A DNA stretch of 64,000 nt from Pseudovirgaria hyperparasitica (taxonomy: Eukaryota), in assembly GCA_010093815.1 (NCBI GenBank), contig ML996570.1; one strand, written 5' to 3'. Position 1 is the first letter of the stretch. Each line of letters begins with the position of its first letter. Shown piece after piece: positions 24,562-38,974 of this stretch. Below the pieces are notes generated by a model that saw only the letters and a list, made by a program, of their open reading frames with translations, did not search any database and was not told the origin of the DNA. The translations under genes were made by a program, and so were the position numbers.

Positions 24562-27446
24562 ATGGATCCAGATGAACGTCGCAATCATGGCTCATCGTCC
24601 AAACCGCGGCGATTCGAAGAGCCTGTCCCTCGCCACCAGCGGCCGGATTACATGAGTATGACCGTGGGCAATGGGCCTCGTTCTCAGCACGCTGACCACC
24701 TCACGACCCTGCTTCACGACGACTCAGGCTACGGTGCTAGCACGATGGATGGTAACTTTGCCGATGGATGGAATCCAGGAATGACTGAGGACCGGCCGAC
24801 ACCTGGAGGTACTCCAGTCCTCGACGATGGAAGCGAAGAATCGGAGCGCCAGCGCGAAGCCATAGCTGGCCACACCATTCAGATGTATTACAACAGGAAT
24901 CGTACTTCTTTGATCCGCGCAATTGGTGATACTGAGGCAGTACTTGCCAAATTTCAAGAGATGAATCAAACATGGCCTACTCAATATCCTCAAGAAATTC
25001 AAAATGAACCTCACAGTGCATCACCTACCCGCCCAGGCTCTAGACCGAGCCTGCAGCATTCCTTTTCCACCCGCGATCTTGATAACGAATCTGCTCCCTC
25101 ACCGAGACCTGGCCCTAGGAGGGCTGAGACGTCATTAGGATCAAGAGTATCTGCCGAATCGAGTTCCGCAGCTGCGCAGCAGCTAACGTCGTTACCCGAA
25201 CCTAGATTGCTAAACGCCCAGGTCGCACATGAGTTCTCCCTCCTGAAGCTTGAGCTAAAGATGGCTGGTCGGGAACACTCAGTACATTCTTTCGACAAGA
25301 ACGCAATCGCCTCCTTGCTAGACAACCAGTTCCGAGAGAATATTCGACATCTGCACTCTCTCCGCGACCGTGTTGAAGACACATCGAGTAAGGTTCTTGT
25401 TACTGGAGACCTTAACGCTGGCAAATCGACCTTTTGTAATGCGCTCCTGCGGCAGAAGATTTTACCAGAAGATCAACAGCCTTGTACAAGCATCTTCTGC
25501 GAGGTGCTTGACGCAAGAGAAAACGGCCAAATTGAAGAGGTACATGCAATCCCACACAACTCGATCTACAATCGCGATGATGAGAGCACATACGAGGTGT
25601 TTGCTATTAAGGAGCTTGAGCAGATCGTCACTGAGCACGAAAAGTATTTAAACTGCAAGATTTATATTAAAGACGTTCGACCGTTTGAGCAGTCACTTCT
25701 GAATAATGGCACAGTCGACATTGCGCTCATAGATGCCCCCGGTCTCAACAAGGACTCGGTCCAGACAACAGCAGTCTTTGCACGACAACAGGAAATAGAT
25801 GTTATTGTTTTTGTCGTATCAGCTTCAAATCATTTCACGCAATCTGCAAAAGAGTTCATCTTCAATGCTGCGAGGGAAAAGGCATACATGTTCACAGTTG
25901 TGAACGGTTTCGATCAAATAAGGGACAAGCAAAGATGTGAAAAGATGATTCTCAGTCAACTTGCCAAACTAAGTCCGACCACGTTCAAGGAATCCAAGGA
26001 GCTGGTGCATTTCGTCTCAAGCAATGTTATTCCCATGGCTCCTGGCTCTGGACCTAGACCCGGTGGCGACTTCGCGGCAGGAGGCGGTGGATCAGGATCA
26101 GGCAGTTTTGATCCCAATGGAGATGACGATCCATATGACGGAGATGGTGAGAAGGAGGGCAAGCATGGCGAGCCCGGTTCACCAGCCAAGGGTAAGGGTA
26201 AAGGGAAAGAAAAGGAAAAGATCCGAGACTTTGACTACCTTGAAAGCTCACTTCGACGGTTCGTCTTGGAGAAGCGTGCTCGGTCAAAATTGGCCCCGGC
26301 TAGGACATATCTTATGAATCTTCTTGGTGACATGAACCGTCTGGCGGATTTCAATCGCGATGCGGCACAGTCAGAGCTGGACCGAGTTCAAAAGGAACTC
26401 GAAGATCTAGAACCACAGCATGAAGCGTCAAAAAAGGCCAGGAGCGAAGTCAGTGAAGAGCTTGACATCACTCTTGAATCCTCAACCACGGATACCTATA
26501 ATTACACTCGCGAAACTCTCACCGACTCTATTAACCGCGTTTCCGAACAAGACCTTGGCTTAACATATCCTGGCCCCTTTAGCTGCCTTCAATACGCAGA
26601 AGACATCAAAGACGCAATGCTCTCGGAAATTTCCAACACCGTCTACCTATGTGAGGAGCGCGCTCGCAATAAATCCATTCAGGGCTTCAACGCCATTAAG
26701 AACCTCGGCCTGATGCACGTCGGTAACAAATTCTATGAAGGACACATCTTCCACCCTGAAAAGATGTTCATGAAGCGACGACACAATCTCGCCCGCCAAG
26801 TCGACATCGACCTCGAAATGCTTGACTTCTTCGACTTCAGCTACATCTGGGAGAAGCAGGAAAAGCTTGCAGGTACCGGCATGGCCGGCACCGTCGCCCT
26901 CGTTGTCGGCGGCCGTCTCTTAGGCGGCGCAAGCTGGATCGATGGCGCGCTCGGCGCATTCAAGATCATGGGCGTCAACGGCTCAAAGCGCCTTATACTG
27001 CCATCCCTCATCACTCTCGGTATGTGCCTTCCTCTCCCCTATCCCTAGTTATCTTCACAGCCAGTCAGTCTAACAAATCCACAGTCGGCGTTGCCCTCGC
27101 CTTCGCGATTCAACAAATCCCGGCATCCCTACCCCGCCGCCTCTCTTCCAAACTCGCAACTCAACTCGCCGCCCAGGACTACGTCCACGATAACGCTACT
27201 CGCATCAGTGCCGAAGTCCGTCGCGCCCTCAAGAACCCCTCGCAGGACCTCCGCATCGAGTTGCAGCGCGGCGTGGAGAAGCTTGAGAAGGACCGCGAGG
27301 ATCGTCGTGGTATCAAGGCCGAGGCGGAGCGTGCAAGAACGTATTTTGCAGGCCTGGAGAAGAACAGTGCGAATGTGCGGAGGAGAGTGGAGAATGTCGA
27401 TCTGGAGGGTGCGCCGCCCGGGTTGGCGAGTCAGTATGCTGCCTGA
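24562..27446 (+). CDS. FZO1: Mitofusin, transmembrane dynamin-like GTPase Fzo1
   Basis: G1 GDLNAGKS, QQPCT, DIALIDAPGLN, VVNGFD, LRRFVLEKRARSKLAPARTY, two hydrophobic segments and a C-terminal coiled coil. Intron 27020-27084. Confidence 0.95.
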
Positions 27447-28101
27447 GGATGAGATTGCGGCATGCCCTTGTAGGTTCATGAGCAGGATGATAAGATTAGC
27501 ACAAACATTTTGATATGGGCGTTTTGGGTGGAGGACAACCCCTATGACCGGCTTTCGCTTTTATGTAATGAAATTGGACTGTCTGTGCAGTGGCTGGGAG
27601 ACAGGATGTTGTTTATCGGGCTGCATGCAGTCAGGTGTTTGTTCTATTCTACTCTGCACATAATTCAGACGCTCTATACTCGCTTAAATAAATCGACTCA
27701 CTCGCTGTACCACACACACGTACGTCACAAAGCAAAGTGGAAGTGTCTGTTTCCGCCATTTTCTCATCTCATTTCTTTCTACATAATTAAAGGGTGATTT
27801 GTCTTAATCTCAAAACCAGGTGCAAGACGTGTATTCGGTGGGACACAGTCGGGGGACAAGTATCTCTACGACTATCCTCGTACAGGTTGTGATTCGTGCC
27901 ATTCCATACATATATCGTGTTGTTACATCTGCTACGACCATCTCAAACTGTTGCGTTAGCTAGTCTTCAACCAGTAATTTTGGAGATGTATCGCACATCG
28001 TATTCTCGTCTCATCGCATTAGGACATGGTACAGTATAATCTGAGATCCGCGTCTGAGCGTACGTATCGACGCAAACGTATCGACGCAACAACACACGAA
28101 A

Positions 28102-31100
28102 TCAATCGATATCGATCAATTTACCCATTTTCGGGCCATCTGTGCAGGACCATGGCTCCGCCTGGGTGGGTATCGGTTCATCGTCGTCACAAGGATTCAG
28201 GAGAGGTTCGTCAACAGGTGGTGCTCGAGTGTCCCTGTCTGGAAAGGCGTACAGTAATTGAGATTGGGCTGAATGCGTGCCAGCGTCATGTGTCGGATTT
28301 GAATGTAGGCTCGATAGCACGTGTGGTACTCGTTTTGGCTTGCCTTTGTTCTTCTTGTTCTTCGAGTCGGTCTGGCTGTTGAAGACTCTCGGAGTCCCTG
28401 CTGCTACTGGTGCTGATACTTCTGCTGTGGCGCATCGGCTTGGCTGCTGTTGACCAGGTGCAATTTGGATATTAAATTCGGTCCCTCTGGTTCCCATGGC
28501 TGGGAAGTTATCATTGTAATCGATCTCAGTGGGTCTGTCCCATGGATCATCTCGGGTATGGACTATTTCAGGCCTTGAACGGCCCTGAGGCGACAATGCG
28601 GTCATGGCTCGTGGGTACCCTGCATTTCTGGACGTTGATGAGTATGCTGCACGACGACTTGTTTCACTGAGGTCATGGACAGAACGAGGTAGCTTCGTCG
28701 TGGGTATGCTTGAGGCAGCAGACGGACCCGCAAAAGGAAAAGGGTTGTCTCCAAGTCGGTAGCTTGTATCTTGGGAAGTTGCTTTGTGTTTCCATGTGTG
28801 AACTTCCTTGCTTCTCAAGGGAGTCGATGATATGTTAAAAGTAGCTTCCTGATCTTTCGACAAAGAAGACCTTTCGACAAGAGAGCCATGCTGGTTGCGA
28901 ATCTCGATGTCAGCAAGGGAGACGTGGTTCTGTCGTCGAAATTCCGTTGCATTACGCTCTAGTTCAGCGTCCTCCTGCTTGGCCTGCCGCCTTGCATAGC
29001 CTTGCCACTTTAGAGGATCAGAGGTCTCAGAACTGGCCAACGTACTTTCAGACGCCTTTGCAATCTTCTCGGTGCGCGGAAGCCTCTTCTTTGGCGGACT
29101 GTTAAATTCCGTGCCAGCCGGTGGGCAATCTTGGCAGACTAATATTGCTCCGCAGGGTTGAATAAGTGTGTGCCCACATGGGAGCAAGGTACTGCATTCA
29201 ATAACACAAACAATGTCGTCACACGGGAAAGCGTGACAGTGAAGCTGACATGGGTGACCGCAGCTGCGCTTCTCACGACACTTGCAGCGGCAACCCCCAT
29301 CGACGCCCTCCCAGTCGTTATATTCTTCGATGAAAGTTTTGTTATCATGCTTGACGCATTGCAGAGTGACATGATATCCAATCCGACGTCTCGTTTTCGT
29401 AGCACCTGAGGTGTATTTGCGCCGAAATAGTATGTCTATGACTTGAGACCATAATCGGCTTTCACCAGCGAGAAGCTCGCCATTCCCAAATATATAGAGT
29501 CCTCGCCTGGCACGAGAAAGCGCAACGCACACTCTGTTTTCGACTTCAAGGAAGCCGATGCTACCACGGCCATTATTCCGCACCAGAGACAGGATGATAA
29601 TATCATTCTCTTCGCCTTGATAGGAGTCCACGGTGACAACGTTGGTGCTGTCGCGCCCCAAATATTCTTTCAACTTTGCCTGGAGCAACTTTCTCTGTGC
29701 GTTGTAGAAGGTCAAACAGGTTATTCGTTCCACGGGCGTGCCATTCATGATGAGATATCTGCAGAATGCATAGATCATGTCGGCTTCGAAGACGTTCTGG
29801 CATGATGACAAGTCGTCGCGACTTTCCTCATATTCATGCGTGTAAAAGTACAAGCTACAATCGCCCATTCCAGGCACAGGTGGCCTTATTTCAGAATCGC
29901 TGAGGCCTGGATCATCAATGATGAAATTCTTCCCGTAGATTGGGTCTAGGATTTGGCGTATCTCGGGAATCATACGTCGCTGCATACGCAAGGTGGTGAA
30001 GTCGACCTTGTTTTCGACCAATCGTTCGAAAAGTGAAATGTTGAAGTTATAATCGTCTTTCTCAAGTTTTTTGAGATTACAGTGGGGACGGAGCTGCTTG
30101 TGGTCACCCACAAGAATGAGGTGTTGGACCGATTCGAAACAACCAGCAGTGACAGGAGCTTCCAGTGTCTCAGCAGCTTCTTCGATCAGTACGATTTGCG
30201 GATGCGAAGCTGTGAGCATAGGGCGGTATTTGCTGAGACCTGTCGTAGTGACTCCAATTATTTTCACCGCCTTCAAAAGCTCCGCATCCGATTGCCAACT
30301 GTATGCTTTACGCGATTGAACCATTTTTCTGTACTCTGTGGCTAGGGAGCGGAATCCTGCCAACACTCTCTCTTTCCCTCGACGCTGGAAGTACTCGAAA
30401 ACTGTCCCCCGGAAACGCTTTTTGATCGACCAAAGGTTTTTGTGCTTTGCCAGGAGAGCTTCCACCTGTTCATCCGTAAAGTCTTCAAAGCTGTCCGCGG
30501 CCCAGTTATTGGTGATGTATTGAGTGTGGCCTTTGAGTGCCTCGATATCTCGCTCATCATCTTTGGCTTGGAATTCTGCTTCTCGTTCTTCCACTTCTTC
30601 CTCTTCCAAGTCAACCTCTTCGAAAGGTAATACAGCTTCGTCAATGCGGTCAGTAGCAGGTGTTATCTGTCTCAATTGACTGCCTGCCCAGACCAAAAGC
30701 CTTGACCCTTCTCCCGTGTCCTTCGTGTGATTATACTTTGGATCATCTTCCAGGAGAGACTGATACTGATCTTGAGAGATTATATCGAGTTCCCGAAGCT
30801 TATCCAAGGGAAACGGTTCGGCAGCTTCGTCGGGACCCTCGGGTGGCTTAAGGACGGATAAGGCTTCTTGCATCTTTATTTCAATATTTCTCATATCCTT
30901 TCTGAGCCATAAAGGGACACCTGCCCCTCCGCCATTCTGTTTCCGCACTTCGAAAAGCGTTCGTCTCTTGATCACATCTCCGCCTTTAGAACGACCTCCA
31001 AGACGTATGAAGCTGTCAGGCGCAAAATCAGCTACTTTGGAAAGGATTTGATCAAGCGCATGGTTGGTTTGGCATGCCACTACGATCGGGGGGTCGCCGG

Positions 31101-32587
31101 CTCTCGAATGACCCATCATTATCCTTAGGGCCATGACCGAAACATACGTCTTACCGGTACCAGGAGGCCCTTGAATGATCGCGACACGTTTAGTTAGGAT
31201 CCTATGCAGCGCAGACTGCTGTGAGGCATCCATGCCACTAAATACGATCTCATTTGGCCAAGATTTGAGTACATCTATGTGTTGAAACCTGTCTCGATCG
31301 GCGAATGAGTCACTGACAAACGCGCCCAGGTTGAGGCGGGGATTATCGCAGAAGTATTGTGGTGGCTCTACTTCTTGCTGCACATCTACGATGTGCTCGC
31401 TGAGGGGAAACCTGCTCGATTTTAGATAGGGCGAACAGAGTGTGGACTTCATAGTATGCTTACGGTTCCTTCATGAGCTTTTGTAGAGATACCATTGTGT
31501 GACGATCAGACTCAAAATAGGCGGCTCGATTTTCAACCATGATCATGTCTTCATTGGAGTCGAGACACATTTCCTCATCATTAGGGAAGAAAAGATCGAC
31601 AGCCGGGGGATACTCACCGAGTAAGTCTAGAGGCCGCGCAGCAACGACCGCCATGACACATCGACTCCGAAAACAGTCTGCGGCGGGTGAGAGAGCAACA
31701 AGAGTACCGCTTATGAGCCGCTTTGACTGTTCCCATCTTATTTTCTTGCCGACGCGGCGGAGTGAGAACACCACTCTGACAGCGACACCACGAGCCGGAG
31801 CAGTTGTAAAAGCGACCGGGGTAACCTTTTCATAAATACCGATACCTGTGCCAATGCCGAATCTTGAGTCGGCAAAGTCTGCCTCAAGTCCATTAGGATT
31901 TCGATGTAGAGCCTCTACCGCATCGCATAATGCGCGTGTGCTGTCCTCTCGGACAAGGCGGTACTGGGCTTCCAGGTAGGCATCCTTGGACGGCCATGGG
32001 CCCTTGATCAAGTTTTTCGGGAGTTCGTTGTTGTCAATGATTTCTGAACCAAGAAAAGGACATATCTCTCCGGATGACGGAATTTCTGGCCGGTGATACC
32101 ACCTATCGCTGCTATCACATGGAGCAGCAGCAGCTTTGAAGTAGTCGTGAACTGTCGTTAAGTGGCGCCCACCTCGTGCGCGGGGATACTGTGTATGTAC
32201 ATCTGACGAGCTTTCATTGGGATGGCGAAAACGTTCAGGTAATGTTGCGTTCAACTCGTGAGGATCTGGAAGACTTTAGCAACAGTGTCAAGCGGGAGTG
32301 ACGAATTGAACACGAAAACAGGTGACTTACGTTGAGGCGATTCACTGCTGGCGTGATACCTTGCTCTAGACGTACCTAGTGACATGAGCATTTAACAAGA
32401 CACTATAGTCGAAGACTTATTAACCTCTGCTTGATTGTCTTCCAGATGCCCGTCCATGTGAGCGACTGCCACGATTAGGACCTACTTCTTGCCATGCAAC
32501 GCCATCGCGTGTTTCTGACGCCGAAGCGCGTGAAGGGGGGCTGCTTGCGAAGTACCTCATAGAGGCCCGCTGCGACGGATGTGGCAT
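28102..32587 (-). CDS. SF1 (Upf1-like) RNA helicase with NF-X1-type Cys/His fingers; Hrr1/ZNFX1 family (RNAi-linked)
   Basis: W(E)QSKRLISGTLVALS, IQGPPGTGKT, CQTNHALDQ, IEEAAE, LVGDHKQLRP, SLFERL, QRRM, TVDSYQGEE, NRVCVALSRA and CGHPCQLHCH. An intron at about 31414-31462 joins the two long ORFs. The 5' exons and start (32587, 32560 or 32391) are uncertain. Confidence 0.88.
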
Positions 32588-33874
32588 CAGGCCAATTTCA
32601 GACGTGAGGTAACTTCAGAATAGTGACAACAAATAAATCCAAGTAGCGAAGGTAGGTATTGCGTTTGATGAAACGAGCAAGAAAGTCTAAGACGAAAAGT
32701 ATCCAGGTGGAAGTGCTGAAGAAGCAGCGAAGCAAGGAAGCAGCTGATTGGTCAGATCCGGTGCTGCGCAACGGCAACAACAACCTACGGCAGTACACCG
32801 GTTGAAACCAGAACAGTAAGGCGAATCACTGTAAAGTGAAATGAACATTCGGATGCTCCTAGTGCGCTCGACACGCTGCCCAAATAAAGCCATTCCACCC
32901 AAAACGCTTCCAGGGGAATTGAAACAGACATGTTTTCAGGGGCTTCAAGTACGCCCTCATCGACAACGTATAGTTGAAATGCATAAGAGCGGCTGGACGA
33001 GTTTTTGGAAAGGTTCAACATGTACTTGAGCCGGGATCTTTCGCATAGACAAGTACAACAAATGACGGGCCGTGTATATTTCCTTCCGGGGGAATAAAGG
33101 ACATCTAATGGTATTTGGAGCTTGTACAGTAACACAGTAACGCAGGAACATGAGACGCTTCATGTAAGTAGGCCAAATAGTAGAAGTAGAGGACTTAGCA
33201 TTAGCCAGGCTCTTGGAAGGGATTGTGATATGTCCGGTCTAGGGATGAATGATGGGAATCAAAAGTATTAAATGAAGGATATCGAAAGGATCAACCGAAG
33301 GACATTGAGAGTACCAATGAAGGAATCGAGAGCGCATTTCAAGAGCATGTCTTGAATCAACTCGCATGTCTTGCCTAGATTTGTCTGTTACTGATTTTGC
33401 TTTCAACTCTTAGTTCACGTGTTTACGTTGTTCCGATCATGAGTACACAATGGTCTCTTGTAGTGCTCAGGCTTTGTTTACAGTGACGGATTTCTGCTGC
33501 TCGACTCAGCAATTATAATTAGAGATAGGAGTCGAAAGTCGAAGCACGTCAGTCTAGTGACTAATTATGGCGCGCGTCTAATATGGATCCATAGGGCTTA
33601 TGGATCGATTACCTAATCCTCAATGGTGGCGCCGAAACCCGCGGACGGTTGCTGCCGGCTTGGCGTCTCCAGCGCGTCGTGCGGTGCTATGATGAATGCT
33701 CCTTTTAACGTCTCATGAATCACTATACTGTTGACGCAAGGTCCTACTTCCTCTTGACTCTGTTACCCCCATAATTCACGCCCAAGATATTGCAGTAGCG
33801 CGGCGCCGTTCTGACCGGCCTTTCCTACCAGACTTGCATGACAACCGGGAATTGAGTCCAGGAGGCTGGCCGGG

Positions 33875-36041
33875 ATGAATTTAGCAGACGATGACGAAAA
33901 TGGTGCCGGTGAGCGCTTGAGATTGATCAAGAGTTCATGCGTTAATATTTCGACTAGGGTCCGCTGAATCTGAATCCGATAATGAAGTAGACGAGACTAT
34001 GGAAGATGTTGATCCTGATGACGACAATGGAGAAGAAGGAGACGGTGATGGAGACGGTGATGGCGATGGCGATGGTGATGGAGATGGCGACGGAGACGGT
34101 GATGGCAACGACGATGACGATGAAGGCGATAACGATGATGACGACGACCAAGACGAGCCTGATTCACCTTCTCAGCCGAGTCGAAACCTACAAAATGGAG
34201 TGTCCACCACACCGCGCAATGGCCAAGACTCTATAACAAACCCAACCGTCACGTTCACTTCTCCTTCGCCGCGAGCCCCTTCGTCCGGGCTGACGTACCC
34301 AATCCCTATCCGCCCCAGTGTTCGCCCGGAAGCACTCACAGCAACTTTCTATGATATTGCACCCACCATAGCCGCCCCTCACAGTACCTCAATCAATGCA
34401 GTCACTGGAACCCCTGACATGAGATGGATCTTCACAGGTGGCTCCGATGGCTACATCAGAAAGTTCAATTGGGTCGATACAGCAAATGGCAAGCTAATGC
34501 TTACGGTTGCGCAACGGCATCCATTCGTAGACAGTGTTACAAAAGCTGGTGTGCTACTGAGTTACTGGGAAAATGAAGAGTCGAGATCTATGGACACACC
34601 AAATGGCGATGACTCAGCCACGCTTTCTCCCGTGTATTCGTTAGCAGTTCATCACCAGGCGTTATGGCTCCTTTCAGGTCTTGACTCAGGCGGTATTAAT
34701 GTCCAATCTGTTCGACATGAAGAGGGAAAGCGTATAACGTGCTTGCAGGGTCATACAAGTGCGGTTTCTGTGCTGACACTATCTCAGGACGAGAGATCTG
34801 TACTATCAGGAAGCTGGGACAAATCAATCAATGACTGGGATCTGAATACAGGGCAAGTGAAGAGAAAATTCACGACTAGCGGTGGGCAAATATCAGCAAT
34901 TGAATTGCGCCCGCAATCTTCTTTGCCCGTGCCTCAAGATTCAACGCCTCTGGTTCTGTCGAACGGCACTTACAGCTCCAACAACGCTGCCCGGCCGACT
35001 ACCAATGGCATCATTGCAAACGGGGCGATGGCTACCGAAAAGACAGGTTCTCTTAAGGAGGAGGACAACGGCGTCGAGGACCCTCAAGTATCTCCTGGGG
35101 GATCCTTATTCGGTGATGGCGACTCGCTTTTCGGCGACAAAGACGATGGGCAGTCTGCCTCAGGTGTCCCAGCCCTTGGTGACGACGAGGACGATGAATT
35201 CTCTCGTGCGATCGCCAGCGGCATACAACAACAAGATGACGAAGATGGGCAAGCCGACGTGGATATGATAGACTCTGGGGGTCCTGTACAGCCAGCGGAT
35301 ACCATCACAGTTCCTGTGGGATCAAATGACATGATGGTAGCGTCAGATGAGTTGATCACAGATGAGGCGACCGATGTGCAGGCAGATAGCCTTACCAATG
35401 GCTTAGCCCACGCTGAAGAGACTCGTCCGCTTGAGGACCAAACAAGCTCCTCCCTAGGCCAGACTGACACCCCAGCTTCATCGAACTCGGTCTTTTTGGA
35501 TGCCTCCATGGATGGCACTCTACGCGTATGGGACAGGAGGCAGCCAAATCCCATCGCACGTATTGCGCCGCCCCGCTCAGTGCCGCCATGGTGCATGAAT
35601 GCTTGCTGGTCACCTGACGGAAACTTCATTTACGCTGGACGGAGGAATGGAACAGTGGACGAATACAGCTTACACAAAGGTCTCCGTGATCCCAAGAGAT
35701 CATTCAAGTTTCCATCGGTTGGTGGCGCCGTGAGTGCCGTTCGAGCCATGCCAAACGGTAGACACCTTATATGGTAAAAACATTATCACTCGCAACAAGG
35801 CATCAATTGACTCATACTTAGCGCATCTCATGATATCCTCCGAATGTACGACTTGGACGAAGGGGCAACTTCTAGGCATAGAGCGACTCCGTTTAGTGTC
35901 GTTCCAGGTCACCGTACTGGCGTCATATCCCAAATTTATCTCGACCCAACATGTCGCTTTATGATCAGCACAGGTGGTAATAGAGGCTGGGAAGGGAGCT
36001 CTACAGAGGTCCTGCTAGGCTATGAGATCAACGTGATATAA
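33875..36041 (+). CDS. SPT8: SAGA complex WD40 subunit Spt8
   Basis: Acidic N-terminus, YDIAPTIAAPHSTSINA, GGSDGYIRK, GKLMLTVAQRHPFVDS, LSGSWDK, PPWCMNACWS, YAGRRNG and GNRGWEG. Introns near 33909-33958 and 35773-35821. Confidence 0.93.
34017..34150 (+). repeat. Coding (GGN-GAY)n hexamer repeat giving (GD)n plus poly-Asp in the Spt8 N-terminus
   Basis: ggagacggtgatggagacggtgatggcgat... translates as GDGDGDGD. Confidence 0.9.
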
Positions 36042-36651
36042 AAGTCGCGTATCGCACTCTACGTTTTGGGAGGGGGGGCGCTTTGTTTGATATACCCAAA
36101 TGCCGATGGCGGCTTGGCGTTTGAAATCGAGTTGAGACTCTCGGTTCGTATCGATCTCTTGTTTGCTACTTGAACATGGATTGTGAAGGCTATCTATGAG
36201 GATGCGTGTGCTTTAACTTGATTCACCAGATGTTGAATATCATGCAGGTCAGTGACTTTGTCAGACACAAAGCCTTTGGTTCACTTGTTTTCATTTCTTC
36301 GATGACGTTAGTCACGTTCCAATAGTGATTTCGGACACCTGGTGCCGTTCCTAATTTCAAGGAACCATCAAATAATTGAGGGTCGCTGCCGCATTGTTCA
36401 CGCAAGCTTCAGCTTCCGCTTCCGCTTCCGCTTGCAACTACACCTCAAATTTTCTTCCCGCACAACCTTACGCACCATTATTAGACCCTGCTACCAGGTA
36501 AGTTCGTTTTCATCTTTCCTTGTGTCTAGCTCTTGTGATCCAGAAAACCGGGTAGGGAGGCGGTATGATTGTCATTTGGTAGTACCATCGTAGCTTGGTC
36601 ACTGACTCAACTAGCAGGCCTCCGCGAAAGATCACGACGAGACTCATCATC

Positions 36652-38974
36652 ATGCCAAAGTTCCGAGGTATCGACGTCAAAATCATTACACAAGATCTCG
36701 AGCCATTGCCAGAATATGGTTTCACAGTCAGGAATAGACACAAGGAGTGTTCGTGTTACATTGAGTCCGCGACAGACTTGAGCTTCCAAGTCAAAATCGC
36801 CGCAGACCACCCTTTTGCTCAGGGAGAAGACCGCATCAGCACTTATGATTTTGATACCCATGACTGTATTGAATATCAGCACTGAATGGCTTATAGGCTA
36901 ATCACTCACATAGATGGCTTATATCTCAGTCCATCACGCGCGCCTAAATATGACCCACCATGTCCCTTCCATCTACTGGCTAGCATCTATCTAGACGGAC
37001 GTCATAAACCCGAGCGCCGCACAATCGTATATCTGGATCCTGCACATAAGCACTACAATGATGGACCGACTTACATGAGATCACGCTGGGTAAAGCACGA
37101 GGACGGAATAATCAAGTCTCATAAATGGGTGTTCAAAGATGCTGTAGGGATCGAGACTATGCTCGATAAGATGATAATCGCGGGAGAGCTCCCCATTCAA
37201 GGCAGTCTGGACAAGGATCAGGATGATTTAGTCGCCGCCCTCAATGCATCAACAATTCAGGCTGGGACAAGAGACGAAGATTGCCGAGATTCATCAGTTG
37301 GCAGTATCATGATCACCGTACAACGGGTGACAGTAGGAAATATCAAAACCGAGAAGCACTACCAACCGAGTCACACATTGAAAGACAAGGAAGATGTCGA
37401 TATGGATGGAGCATCAAGTCACATTGCAAAACCAACTGAGGAAGGTGACGTGGTAAGTGGGTTGCAAGAATCAGTTCAGGTGATTGAATATAGCCCATAC
37501 ACACTGGATGAAGAAGATATGTATGCAACTTTCAAGTTTCTATACCGCAGTAAAGGTGAGTCCACATTTTATCCAATGCACAGGCTGCATAGGTAAAGTA
37601 TCGGTTGCATAGTGATCTCTTAAGGCTTTCTTCGCAAGTGCTAAATACTAGATTAGCCGTCCTCCAAAAGTTCGACTTTCCCGAATTCGCTTTGCAAATG
37701 AAAGCAAAACCACGGGCTGGCGGCAGCCGACATTTCAGCCACTTGATGGCCAAAACTATTCCTCTGAGCATCACGGATCCGACCAAGTCCAATCCTGGTC
37801 CCAGGAAGAACGACGCCAAATCTTCCCCATCGGCTCTTGTACTTCGTGTCACCAATACTGATGGCAAACTTGTCGTCTCAAAGTCTTTAAAGAAAGGAAA
37901 AGGCTGCGCACGAATCGGACAATCTAGCAAGTGCCCTCGGCCTATAGCCACAGAAGATGAAGGCTCTTTAAGCGAGGCTTCCATGGACTTATCCGCCAGC
38001 CGTTTTGATTCTGATCCTGACTCTAGCACCGAGTCCGACTCCGATAATTCCGGATCTGATTACGATCCAAGTAGACAAAAGGGCCGCATGATCGAATCCG
38101 TTGACAGAGGCAAGTATGGTGTTAGCGGAAAGTCGGAATTATCAGTGTTAGTCTCTTTGACATGGCCAATAGGTACCTCTTTGATGCTAATACAACCAAT
38201 AGAAAATCTGCATCCCCTGACGACTCAGCTCTAGACAAAGGCTCCGCTTTCAAATTTGTACCAAGTAGCGACGCCGACGCTGATGACGAAGATGACGACG
38301 GTGATACGGATAGTACATCGAGGCGCCATCTAAAACCATCACCCTTTGCCAATGCCGACAAAAAGACTCTGAAGCGGCCTCGTAATCTTGACGAGGATCA
38401 TGAAGCTCCTGAGAACGAATTTCCATCTGGTCTGGCCGGCAACAAGGATGATGAAGGTCTTGGTGCTGCATTGGAGAAATTCACCGTCGAGCATAAAAAG
38501 TTACGCAGTAGTAGCATCACAATATCACCGCACGAGGATACTTCGCCTCGCTTCGATCTAGCCAGAATTCCAGACGATTACGAAAATATGCCACTAAAAC
38601 AACCCAGGCTAGCCTTTGCTAAGGCTCTAAATTTCTACAAGAACCACAGCGAAGAAGAGAGGCTTGCTCTGCCTTGGACTGCGAATACATATAATTCTGA
38701 GGGAACCAGTCTTTGCCCAGATAAACATAGGAAGCCAAGTCCCGTCTCCTCACCATCGAAAGACAGCGTACCCCCGCTCTCGCGCCTGTTGTTGCATGAC
38801 AATTCGGGCTCTTTTAGTGATGCGTCTGGATACTTTGGCGACAAGGAGGACGATGGCGAACGCACTCCAAACCTGAGACAGGATTCGACAAATGACGAGA
38901 ACAGGGCACCGGTCACGCTCATGCTTACCAATCAAGCGTCGAGGAGGGAGGAGGATGGAGAAACTCACCGCTAG
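36652..38974 (+). CDS. Fungal hypothetical protein: N-terminal beta-rich domain of a widespread uncharacterised fungal family (DUF7918-like) and a disordered C-terminus
   Basis: MPKFRGIDVKI..PLPEY..CYIES..F.VKI, LLASIYLDG, GSIMITVQR and ATFKFLYRS. Four ORF segments are bridged by putative introns, with a 5'-UTR intron near 36498-36617. The family label is from recall only. Confidence 0.7.

Noticed and set aside
26041..26220. Gly/Asp/Lys-rich insertion in Fzo1
   Set aside because: A low-complexity loop of a kind I recall as usual in filamentous-ascomycete Fzo1; not an intein or a novelty.
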